From the NCBI GenBank assembly GCA_004431415.1, contig QPMI01000033.1, forward strand, positions 1 through 64,000: 64,000 nucleotides of DNA, in the 5' to 3' direction. The translations under genes were made by a program, and so were the position numbers. Source of the stretch: Cyanophora paradoxa CCMP329. Lineage: Eukaryota > Plantae > Glaucophyta. The notes under the pieces are model-generated. The model was not told where the DNA came from and made no database searches. It saw nothing but the letters and a program-made list of their open reading frames with translations. Below are positions 12,023 to 23,400 of this stretch, in pieces (the first letter of the stretch is position 1; every line of letters begins with the position of its first letter).

Positions 12023-13705
12023 ATGGGAGAGGGCGCTCCTCCGCCGGGCTCGAAGCGACCTCAGAGTGCGCTCCTTCGCGCGCCCGAGCCCCCGATTCGC
12101 CGGCTGACCCGCTCGCGCCTATTCAGACACCGCCTTCAAGCAGCAGGTCAGGGGATGCGCTAGCTCTTGCACGCTTTGTCCATGCTGACGCTGTCCCACC
12201 CCTCCGCTACCCTCCTTCCTGTGTTCCCTCGCAGCAAGTGCGCCTCCAGCCAACATAACCGCACCCCGCCGCAACTGGCTCATGCTAACGCCTTACGTGG
12301 CGCAGTTGAAAGCATGGCAACCTATCCTGACGCCGCAGTGGGTTATTTCCTCCTTTTTCATCGTCGGCATCGTGTTTGTTCCCATCGGCATAGCCTGCCT
12401 TAAGGCATCCCAGGATGTGAGCGGCTCGGTTCCTTATGTAGCTTTGTCGGCCAGCCTGCTCATCGCTCGCTCTGGGCGCCGCCGGCAGGTCGTGGAGGTC
12501 TCGCAAAATTACTTCAACACAGGGAACGAGTCGCCGTGCAAGGCGACGGACAAGACATGCACAGTTACCTTCAAGCTGCCGAACGGCATCGGCGGCAAGG
12601 GCAAGCCGGCGTACCTGTACTACGCCCTGGACAACTTCTATCAGAACCACCGGAGATACGTGAAGAGCCGCAGCGATGTGCAGCTCCGCGGCGAGACGCC
12701 GTCGTCGCTGGCGGACTGCGAGCCGATGGTCGACCTCAGCGCGAGCTCCATCGCTGCGATGGCCGAGAAGGCGAAGGGCAAGTCCTGCAAGGACGACCCC
12801 CAATACTGCCTCAACCCCTGCGGCCTCATCGCCTGGAGCTTCTTCAACGGTGCGCTCGAGCGCCGCGCATCTCCTCTGATCTTTCTCTTCCTCCGCCGGC
12901 TCCGCCGTAGTGCCGCCCGCGCGCCCCGCTGACGTCCGTCGGACCCGGCCGCAGACACCTTCACCGTCTACAAGGGCCCGAAGGAATCCGGCGCTGTGGT
13001 CACCGGCACCAAGCAGGGGATCGCGTGGCCGTCGGACAAGGCGACGAAGTTCAAGAACCGCGCGGACTGTTCCTTCGACGCGAGCGGCAATCTCGTTTCG
13101 GGCCCCGCGAACTGCTTCAACGTCGAGAGTGAGGACTTCATCGTGTGGATGGTGCGCCGCTGCCGGCGCCCTATTCCGCTCCGCGCTCACGCTGGTCCCC
13201 AGCGCACGGCGGGCCTGCCCTCGTTCCGCAAGCTGAACCGAATCTTCCCCGACGGGCTCGAGGCCGGCGACTACGTTGTTGAGATCGGAAACAGTGCGTT
13301 CCTGTCGCCGCGCGCCGCCCCGCCGCTCCGGGGGCCGGCGCCGATGCGGCGGCGCAGACTACCCCGTGGGGGCCTTCGATGGGAAGAAGTCGCTGGTGCT
13401 CTCGACGACGACGTGGATCGGTGGGAAGAACGACTTCCTCGGGATCGCGTACATTGTCATCGGCGCCGTCTGCCTGCTCCTCGGCATCGCCTTCCTCGCC
13501 AAGCACCTCCACTCGCCCCGGTCCGCCCCGGGCGCCGCGCGCCCCTCCCGGAGCGCTTCCCGCCCGCGCGCCGTCTGAGCGACGCCTCCGCAGCAAGCTC
13601 GGCGATTCCAAGTACCTCGCCAATATGGCCTCCGAGAACCGCAGCGGCGCCAGCCCCACCGGCGCCTCGGGCCCCGCCGCGGCCCCCGCCCGCCCCACCC
13701 AATGA
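12023..13705 (+). CDS. CDC50: CDC50/LEM3/ALIS-family P4-ATPase beta subunit
   Basis: TAFKQQ(Q)LKAWQPILTP, YYALDNFYQNHRRYVKSRSDVQL, PCGLIAWSFFN, EDFIVWM-RTAGLPSFRKL, TWIGGKNDFLGIAY; two TM segments. Confidence 0.95.
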
Positions 13706-14219
13706 CCCTCCGCATCCCCTTAAGCTTAGTGTGTTTATTAATAGAGAGATACCTCAACATGGGGTTGCAAGTGGGCCGAGCTCCAGGTGGGCAGGCCCAG
13801 GAGCTCGCCAGCGCCAGACGCGCGTAGCGCCAAGCATAACGAGCTGTGTAGCGCGAGTAACCCGGCCGGCAACGCTCGGGTGCGTGGCGCCGGCGTGTAC
13901 ATATGCATGTACATGTAAATGTGTGCCCAGGTGTAGTATTCGTGTAGCCCCCCCGCGGGAAGGCCGTCGAGGAAGGCGTCCGGCTGCGAGCGCGCGCGCT
14001 TGTCTCAAAGCCTCAAGACAGTGCAATTGCGCATGTCGGATCCCTTGCCGAAGGTCCGCATGAGGGCAAATGGTCGATGGGAAGCACGGCCAGCGCTCGC
14101 ACTGACGCATTCCGGCAGGTGGAAGGTAGCGCTAGCGGGGCAAAGAGTGAGCCGGACGTGGTGCGGTCGGGCACACGACGATGGTCGCTCAGCGCGGCTC
14201 TGACACGCCGAGACAGGTC

Positions 14220-14997
14220 ATGCAGCAGGCCAACGACGCACAGGAGAGCGTGAATGCGCCGGGAAGGCCAGCTGCCGACGCAGGCCCCAGCTCGGCCGGC
14301 GCTCATGCAGTAGACGGCGGCGCGGGCGGTTCAGTCGCAGCCGGTGCGAGCGAGGATGCGCCTGGGTCTGCTGGAGGATCGCCACCTCGGGACGGCGCTC
14401 CGCACACATGTTGGAAAGCGTGCGCCGCGCCTTGCACGCCACGCCCTTATCGGACCCAGCTCCCTGCACTTTACGATCCACCGCCGAGTCGCATGCGACC
14501 CTTAGCGCTTCGATGGGTCCACATTAGTTCGCCTTTGTCAGCTCTGGACTCATACGCGCCGTGCAGGTGCCAGCGGAAGAACTCGCCGGAGTACATTTGG
14601 CATCATCTGAAGCCCGTCGGCGACGGGAGCTTCGAGTACCAGGCAACGTGGGAGTGAGCGCCCCCTTCCTGTTGACCCTTGCGCTCGCTCGCTGACTCAC
14701 GCGCGGCGCCCCGTCCGCAGCTCCTCGCCCCTCTGGTACTTCCGCACGCAGCACGGGTGGATCTGGAGCCCAGACAGGATAGTCTGGATAGATGCCCCCC
14801 AGGTGCCTAGCCCCGGCCGGATCCGGCTGCTTACGCCCCCAACGACGCGCGCGATGCAGGTCACAGTAACGGTTGGTTCGTTCAGCGGCCAGAAGCCGGT
14901 GCAAGAGAACCAGAACTTCATCGTTTGGCTGGCGATGGTCGATCCTGTGGCCCCGCCCGCGGCCGGGTCGTCCCAAAGCTCCGGCAGGCCGACATAG
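14220..14997 (+). CDS. Hypothetical multi-exon protein
   Basis: Aromatic-rich exons bounded by GT/AG (SPEYIWHHLKPVGDGSFEYQATW; PLWYFRTQHGWIWSPDRIVWID; VTVGSFSGQKPVQENQNFIVWL). Confidence 0.45.
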
Positions 14998-15058
14998 CTA
15001 TAGGGAGCAACGCTTTCTGTGTTGCCTGTAAATATTTCACTTGGCAATGATTTTCTGC

Positions 15059-16321
15059 CTACTCGCAACGAGCACTGCCCGTGTTGCAACTGCGGATGGA
15101 GGCTCGCAAGGCGCCGACACGGTGAAGCCGAAATGAACGGCGTACCTGCTGCCCGGCGGGCAGCAAAGGACGTCGGACAAGCAGCAGAATTCGGGCTCGG
15201 TGCACTGGAGGCTTGAGCCGCAGGAGAACTGCGCATGCAGGGGATCTCACTGAGTCAGAATTAGAAATCTTAACCCGACTTCGTGCAGGCATTAGGGCCC
15301 GGCGTTTCGCACCGACCCGCGGGATGAGCTTGAAGAGCCAGTCCCGGGTCTGTCCTGGCTGCTGGAGTCCGACTCACTGCCGCCGCTGCCCTCGCCGCCG
15401 CCGCCACCAGAGCCACTGTCACTGCTTGCAACTGAACCGCCGCCGCCGTCTTCGCTACCGCTGCCCAAGCTAGAGTCTTCGCCGCCGCCCCTGCCACAAC
15501 GCACATCAGCAGGGGCGCTTTCTATGAAGATTGCGAAAAGTTGGACAGGAGGAGCGCACTGGCACTTGGCGTTGCCGGCGTTCAGGACGTTGCAGCTGTA
15601 GAGAAAGGCTCGCAACGCGCCGACACGGCGAAACCAAAATGAACGGCGTACCTGCTGCCCGGCGGGCAGCAAAGGACGTCGGACAAGCAGCAGAAATCGG
15701 GCTCGGTGCACTGGAGGCTTGAGCCGCAGGAGAACTGCGCACGATCCAGGAGGTTAGGCGCGCCGCGACATCGTACACCAACATAGGAGCCTGGCAACGT
15801 GGCTCGCTCGCTAACGCACCGAGTTTCTCTGCCCGCCAGACGGCGCTGCAAGCGTCGCCGGCGGAGATATCGTTGCCTGATGCCACGCGAAGCTGTCAGA
15901 GTGTGTCCGGATTCATGATCAGAGCCAAGAGCACGACACGCTTCCGCGAGCTTCCGCAGCGCAGCTTCCGCGGTCGAGCGCGCGGATTCGCGCGGCAGAG
16001 GCCGGCGAAGCGCACACGCAAGCGCCAAGACGAGCGCGGTCCCCTAGCGCTTCGCGCATTTGCGCACCGGCGGGGTCGTGCCCGGCTCGACATCGAGACA
16101 CAGGGCTTCGCCTCCGCTGCGCTGCACGCACTGCGCGAACTCCGGACAGCAAACTCCGCCGCTTTCCAAGCAGCAGAAATCAGTCTCGTAGCATGTCGCC
16201 GGTCCGCAGCGCGTCGCCTGCTTCTTGTTAAGAAACGAGCGTCGGGTGCTACTAGAGCATCGCTCACGTTCTGAGCGCACGCGGCACCCGCCAGGAGCGC
16301 TAGGACCAGGAGCGACCTCAT
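15059..16321 (-). CDS. Secreted cysteine-rich repeat protein with Ser/Gly linker
   Basis: Signal peptide MRSLLVLALLAGAACA, then three related CGxx(x)xCxExxFCCLx(3-4)xCCP modules. Confidence 0.6.
15081..15741. repeat. Direct repeat pair of about 155 bp (15081-15235 and 15589-15741): duplicated Cys-rich exon plus intron
   Basis: Near-identical sequence aatgaacggcgtacctgctgcccggcgggcagcaaaggacgtcggacaagcagcagaa..gagaactgcgca occurs twice. Confidence 0.9.
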
Positions 16322-16355
16322 TCCCTGGGTACCCGTACGAGCATTTGAGCTGCAG

Positions 16356-17116
16356 ATGGCGGACCGCAGGAAGGACAAGGAAAAGGCCCGCGTGTATCCG
16401 GCATGCAATATGCGCTTAGCTGACCGCTTGAGCAGGCCGCCGCAGCGTCGTCCGGCAAGGGCGGCGCGGGGGCTCGGGACAGCCCGCGGCCGTCCGAGGA
16501 GGGCGCATCCGGTCGCGGGTCGACAAAGGGCAAGGCGCGCTCCTCCGGAGCAACGCCCGACCCGAGCAGCGCAAGCAAGGGCGGGCGAGCCTCTGTCAAC
16601 TCCTCGATCACTACAGGTCCGCGCTGCACCGCAGCTAGGCGAGCGCTCCAGCATTTTTAAGCCGCGAGGGCTTGCAGAGCGGCCGCCCAAGCGCTTGCGG
16701 CGGAATGCGCGCGACGAGGAGGACGAGGACGAGGACGTGGACGTGACAAACGACATCGACGACGAGGAGGGCCCCGGTGCGGACCTCTCTGCGAAGCTTG
16801 GTCCGGACGGGAGCGAGCGGCCGCGCAGGGGCGATCCCGGTGGCGGAAGAGGAAGGGGAGGACGACGAGCTGGCTGCGGTGGGCGCCGGCCGCCCCGGCA
16901 CGCCACGCCGGCCGCGCGCGCTGAGCGGCGAGGCAGATGAACGACGAGGCGGAGGCGGAGGCGGAGGGCGACGAGGACGAGGACGACGACGGGGAGGCGG
17001 ACAGGGAGTCGGGGCCGACGCCCTCGGTCCCGAAGGCGTCCCCGGGCGCCGGCGGGGAGGACGAGGAAGGGGACGGGGACGGCGACGAGAAGAGCAGCTC
17101 GAAAGATTCGAAGGAT

Positions 17117-17151
<35 letters not shown>

Positions 17152-18053
17152 GGCGAGCGCCCCCGCCGCGCCCTCCCCCGGCCCCGCACCCGCTGACCGC
17201 GCCCTGCGACGGCCGCCCCGGACGCTGCGCAGGACGAGATGATACGGAAGTCGGCGCGGCAGCGGGGCTACCGGGTCCGCTCCCGGGGCCTCCCCACGCT
17301 GGACGACATCGAGCTCCCGAAGCGTGCGCTGCGCCGGCGCCGCCCCTCGCCCCGCCCACGCCGCCCGCAGGGAAGGGCAGCCGCCCGGAGGTGCGGCTGA
17401 CGGCGGAGGAGCGCGCGGCGAAGAAGGCGGAGGCGGCGCGGCGGCGCAAGCTCCACACGCAGCGGGCGCAGGAAGAGGAGAAGGCGCGAGGGCGCCGGCG
17501 CTGCGGCCGGCCTGGGCCCGCTGACCGGGGCGGGGGGGCCGGGGGCAGAGCTCGACGATCCAGAAGATCCTGGAGCGGGACGGGGCGAGGAAGAAGCGGG
17601 AGGAGAAGCAGCGCGAGAAGACGGAGGCTGCCAAGGCCGCCGCCGTGCGCCCCGCCCCGCCCTACTGCGCTTCCGCCGTCTGCTTTGACGCGTCTCCGCC
17701 CGCTGGCAGGCCCCCTCGAAGCCGCCACCGCTGCGCTACGTCGACAGCTCCAAGGCGCCCGTCGCGTACCTCGCCGTCAGCGACGAGGAGCCGTACCCCC
17801 CGCCGCCCCTTGGCGCCCTCGCCCGCCCGTGCGGCCCTGCTCTCCTCTGTTCTTGCCCTGCCCCGCGCGCGCTGGGCTTACGGCGGCGGGCAGGGAGGCA
17901 CCGAAGCGGGACATCTGCGGGGCGCCGGGGTGCAAGGAGCCGCGGCTGTACGCCTGCTCGGAGACCGGCATCTCCCTCTGTAGCCTCAAGTGCTACAAGG
18001 GGCTGCGGCAGGTGCCAGCCTTTGAAGCGGCCGGCCACCGGTACCCGCGCTGA
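16356..18053 (+). CDS. INO80B: INO80 complex subunit B / Ies2-like (PAPA-1 region + HIT zinc finger)
   Basis: Acidic N-terminus, LTAEERAAKKAEAARRRKLHTQRAQEEEK..TIQKIL, and C-terminal CGAPGCKEPRLYACSETGISLCSLKCYK. Confidence 0.8.
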
Positions 18054-18357
18054 TCGACGCGGGCAGGACGCGAGCTTTCCGCGGCTGAAGAAGCTGTACG
18101 CGATGGAGCGGGAGGAGAGCAGGGCTGGCCCCGAGGCCGCCGCCGGCTGATGCCGGAGGGCTCGCGCCCCTCCGCGTTCGTTCCGTCCATTGACGTGTAT
18201 TCGATAGTTCATTACTGTTAATAGAGAGGCCTACGGGCCTAGCACTAGGATTAGGATACCGCTATGGAAATAGTAGCAAAAAGCCGCCTCAAGGGAAGCG
18301 AAGACGCGCGCGCGGGGACTCGAAGAAGCATGAGCGGGGCGCAGGGCGATGCGGGGG

Positions 18358-20140
18358 CTAGTGCAGGAGGAGGCGGCTGGCGCGGAGCTGCATGGCGACC
18401 TTGGCGAGCTTCGGGGCGCTCGGCTTCTCGCCGGCCTCGCCAGCGCCCTGGTCCTCCTCGCCGCCCTCGGGGGCGACGCCGCGGACGAGGGGCGCGTCGG
18501 GGTCGTAGCCCGGGGGCAGGGGCCCGACGATGCGCTCGTCGCCGAGGAAGAGGCGGATGTCCTCCTCCACGCCGGCCGCCAGCGAGAGCAGCGGCAGCTT
18601 GTTGTCGTCTGCCCCGCCCCCGCGCCCCTCGCCGGCGCCCGAGCAAGGCGAGGTGAAGGAGAGGGGGTGCCCGCACCGATGCCGAAGGGCTCCTCGAGCT
18701 CCCACGAGAGGTTCTTGAGGCCGTAGAACACGAAGGTGAAGATGCCCCTGCCCGCATTCAGAGGAGGCGGCGGGGGAGGGGCGAATGGGGGTACATGATG
18801 AGGGGCAGCTGCCAGCGGGTCTTGGTGACGGTGCCGAGGAGGGGCAGGAAGGCGGGGGGTAGGAAGATAAAGTAGAGGAGGAGGGCCACCTGCAGCATTT
18901 GCCTGCCCGCACCCCAGGCGTCGGGGCGGGGCGGGGCGGGGCGCGGGGCGCGTACACGTAGGGGAAGGGTACAGGGGTGAAGAGGATGCGGTGGAGGAGG
19001 TGGAAGTCCTGCAGGAGCATGGAGACCTGCAGGTTTGGGCGGGGCGGTGCGGGGCGGGGTCAGGGGCGGCGGGCGGGAGCGCCGCGGGAGGGCGAAGGGG
19101 CGCGCCTTCGGATCGATGACGCGGATGTGCACGCGGCTCAGGTACCCCGCCTGCAAGAAGGCGGAGAGGGTGAGCGCCCCGGGCGGGCGGCGCGGGTCGG
19201 GCCCCGTCCCGGCTCTCGGGCGCACCCGCTCCAGTCCGGTGATCTCGTTCCGCAGCCATAGTGCGAGGTGCACTGGCTTGAGGCCGGGAAGGCCCTGCGG
19301 AGTCGCGCCGCGGGAGGCGTCAGGGCCGGGCGGGGGCGGGGCGGGCGGGGCGCGCCTTGAGCTTGTTAATCTCGCTCTCGGTGAGCCACGGCTCCAAAAA
19401 GGAATAGTCCTCTATCACGCCGTGCGTCTGGAGATAGTGTGCGACTAGCGCGACGTACGCGCCGACGAAGCGCATCTGCCGCGCGGTGAGGAGAAAGAAG
19501 GCGCGGCTTCGCTGGCCGCCCAGGGCGCGCAGGACGCACCACTTGGTTTCGCACGCGCGCCACCTCGGCGCCCGACCTGTCGATGTACGACGCGAGCTGG
19601 AGGCCAATGTCCCTGCAGTTTGTGGCCAGCGAGCTGAAGATTGACCGCGCATCCCTGCGGGAACACTCGGCGTGCGTGACGGGCGGGCGGGCGAGCGGGA
19701 GCGGTGCTCACCAGTAGCGTGCGTAGGCAACTTGTGCGCGGAACACGAGCAGGAAACCGAGAGCTACGGCAGCCATCGAGTGCATCGTCGTGGGGATGCT
19801 GGGGGCGCGGCGCGTGAGCCGTAAGTTCGCGCGTCAACAGCGATATGGCTGCAGCACTGGACGCGCTATTCTGCAGGGCGGGCAGGCGAGCGCGAACCCG
19901 ATGCCATCTTCGATGCTCTCGCTCCTCGAGGTCGTCCCAACAATCGCCACAAGAGCGCCCCTGGTGGCAACGTGAGTTAACTCTGCGCGCTGTGCAGGCA
20001 GACTGCTTGTGTCGAGCAGGATCAGGGCACCAGGCGGTGAAGAGGATGATGTCAACATAGATAGACCGGTAGACGGACCCCTTCCAAGCAAAGAAGAGAA
20101 AAAACGTGTGCTTCCAGTTGTCTTGCTTGTATATGATCAT
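18358..20140 (-). CDS. Bestrophin-family anion channel (bacterial/algal type)
   Basis: MIIY..WKGSVYRSIY, VALGFLLVFR, RILFTPVPFPY, FYGLKNLSWELEEPFG..DDNKLPL. Confidence 0.85.
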
Positions 20141-20466
20141 TCTCAGGGCGCAGCTAGCTAACTGGTGCGAGACTCATTCACGGCACGACCCCGCGGTCAG
20201 TAGCCGGTAGCTGCAGCCTAGACTAGCTATAGCGAGACGGATTGCTCTGCAGCAGCGGCAAGCTTAAGCTTGTGCGTCACACGCGAGCGGATTTCGAGGG
20301 GTCGACCGTCGATGTTTGGGAGGGGTACGTTGAGAGAGCAGGGCATGCAGCTGCAGTGGGCTAGCGGGGCGGCGACGCCAGACAGCTGCAGGCAGGTGTG
20401 AAGGCGCTGTGCAAGCATGCGCAGGTCTAAATGCAATGACAGTACGGTTCGAGTTCGGGTCTATAG

Positions 20467-23400
20467 CTATAGCTCGCGTTGGACCGCGGCCACGGCCGGG
20501 GCGTACGCGTCCATGTCGAGAGCCGGCAGTGGCGGCTGGGCGCGAAGCGCGAGCACCGCGGCAGCAGCGCCGAGCGCGTCGGCGAGCTCGGGGGCGCGCG
20601 CCGGTTTCTGCGCGCGAAGCGATCGAGAACGATACGGTTGCGTGCCGGCGGGCCGGGGACGCGACGCACTGCGAGGAAGGCGTCGAACCCCGCCGCGGCG
20701 CACTCCTGCCGGTCGTGTGCGCCCACGTTGGCGGAGAGGGCGATCGAGTAGGGCACGCGGCCCGGGGGCAGCTCGGCCCGCATCCGCCGCGCCAGCTCCA
20801 GGCCGTCCAGGCCCGGCACTGCGTTGGGGTACGCGCGGTTACGCGCGGGGGTACATAGAGCTGAAGCGCCGGGCGGGGCGCGCACTCATGATGTCGGAGA
20901 GGAGGAGGTCGAAGGGCTCGCCGCGGGCCTCGGCCGCCCGCGCCGCCTCCAGCGCCTCCCGCCCGTCCCCCGCGTGCACGACCCGCCCGTAGCCCAGCTT
21001 CCGCAGCTGCACCATCACGATCTTCGCGTTCGTCTGCGCGTCCCCCGGCGGATTCAGCTCGCGTTTGAGAAGGGAAAATCAGTCTTCCGGAGGGAGGATG
21101 GGCGCGCCGGCGTGTCCTCCGCAAAGAGGATGCGCATCCCGCCCCCTTCGCTCCCGCGGGGCGCAGAGGGTGCGGCGGCTGGTGCCGCGGCCGGAGGCGG
21201 GGGCTGGGGCGGGGGAGGGGCCGGGGCGGGCGCGGGGTCGGCGGCGCGGAGGCCGCTCAGCAGCGCGTCATGGAGGGCGCGCTCGGAGAGGGGCAGGCGG
21301 GGGCGAGGACCCGGGGCCGCCCCACGCGGCGGCCGCCCCTCCAGGGGGAGCGCCGGCCGGGGCAGCACGAGCACGGGGCCGCCACCGCCTCCGCCGCCGC
21401 CGCCGCCGCCGGGCGCGCTCATGGCGGCCAAGAGCCGATCGGCCTGCGCATGCGACGAGAGCCAGAAGTCAAGAAGGGCCAAACAGGGCCGGCGGGGCAC
21501 GCGCACGAGGGCGGGGAGCTCCGCCGGGGGCACGCAGGAGGGCATGAAGAGGACGCAGGCGGCGAGCGGGGGCCCGCCGTCCGCCGCCTCGCGCGCCGCC
21601 CCCGCGGTGACGCGCAGGGCCTGCTCCGGCGTGCCGGCGCGGACGACGCGGGCGCCCCAGCGCGCCGCGTCCTCTCCCGCCGTCTCGAGCCAGGCCGCCT
21701 CGTCCGACGCCAGCACTAACGCCGCCCCGCGCAGCGCCGCGTGTCCCTGCGCGCGCCCGCGCTGGTGAGAAGGCTTCGCGCGTCGCGCTGGGAAGCCGGA
21801 CCTCGGCGAGGCAGGCGGCGCGGAGGGCGGGGAGCGCGGCGTCGCCCTCGGGCAGCGCCGCGGCTCGGAAGGTGAAGGCGAAGGTGGAGCCCGTCCCCGG
21901 CGTCGACACCACCTTGGCGGGGAATGAGAAGGGGGAGGTGAGTGGGGCGGGGGCGGGGGCGGGGGCGGGGCGCCTGGATGTCCCCCTCGAGGGCCCGCGC
22001 GATCTGGAGGCTGATGTAGAGCCCCAGGCCCGTCCCTGCCCCGCCCCGCCCCCTCAGCCCGGCGCAGCGAGAGGGCTGGAGTCGAAGGGGCGAGCCCTGG
22101 TGGCGGCGGGACTTGGAGGAGTCGAGCTGCGTGAAGAAGTGGAAGAGGCGCCGCTGGTCCGCCGCGGAGATCCCGCACCCGGAGTCTGCGCGCCGGCACC
22201 TCGGCGCCGGCGGGCGGGAGAGCGCGGGGATGCGGGCGCACCGGTGACGCAGATGCGGAAGGCTGTCTTGCCGTCGGGCCCCGGGGCGGCGGCCGCCTCG
22301 ACCTCCACGCAGACCCGCCCCCGCTCCGAGAACTTCACCGAGTCTGCGGCTCTGTGAGGCGCCGGCGCGGGGGGGGTGCCGGCGCCGGAGGAGCGTGCAC
22401 TGCCGATGAGGTTGACCATGACCTGCGCAGCGGCCGGAAGCGAGGCGCTCAGTGGCGGGAAGGAAGCGTGCCGCACGAGTCGTGCGGGCGGGTAGGAGGG
22501 GACCTGGCGGATGCGGCCGCGGTCGGAGGCGAGGAAGCGGGGCACGGCCCCGCGGAAGACGAGCTGCAGGGCGATCTCCTTCTGCGCCGCAACCTGCCCC
22601 GGCCCCGCCCCGCCCGAGCCTCAGGCGCCGCCCCGAGGGGCGGCGAGGTCTGCTCGGGCGCACGGGCCAGAGCATGTCGAGGGCGGCCTCGGCGCAGGCG
22701 CGGAGGTCGCAGGGGGCGGCGTCCACGCGGATCTGTCCGCCCCGCTCCAGCGCGCTCGCCTCGAGGACCTCGCCCACTAGGTCCAGGAGCCTGCAGCGGG
22801 GCCGGCTCGGCTCAGCGGGGCGGGGCGCGGGAAACCGGCTTCCGCTGGCGGGCGGCGGGCGGGCGGACGCTTGGGCGGAGACGCGGATGAGGTCGATGTA
22901 CTCGCGCTGCTGCGGCCGCGGCGCGTCGTCGAGCAGCAGGTCGGTGACCCCGACCACCGCCTGCATCGGCGTCCTGCCCCGCGCCCCCTCGCTCCCGCAG
23001 CCTTGCGCCCCGGGGCCGGGCGCACCTGAGCTCGTGGGTGATGACGGAGAGGAAGTCGGCCTTGGCGCGGGCGGCCTGGCGGGCCCGCTGGAGGAGCCCC
23101 GCGTGCGCCAGCGCCACGCCCACCGTCTGCGCGCGAGCTCAGCGGCGGCAGCGTCTCGGCGCTCGCCCGGGGGCGGCCGGCGCGCGCGCCTCGCAGACGT
23201 CGTCGAAGAACTGCAGGTCCTCGCCGCGCAGCTCCCGCCCCGGCTCCCGCCAGAGCAGGGCCACGACGCCGTTGACGCGCCCGCCGCCCCGCGAGGCGCG
23301 CAGCACGCCCGAGCGCACGCCGGCGCGCCTCAAGCACGCCACGACCTCCGGGTCCGCCGCGCCGCCCGTGCCCGGCAGGGCCTCCTCCCCCGCCCACGCC

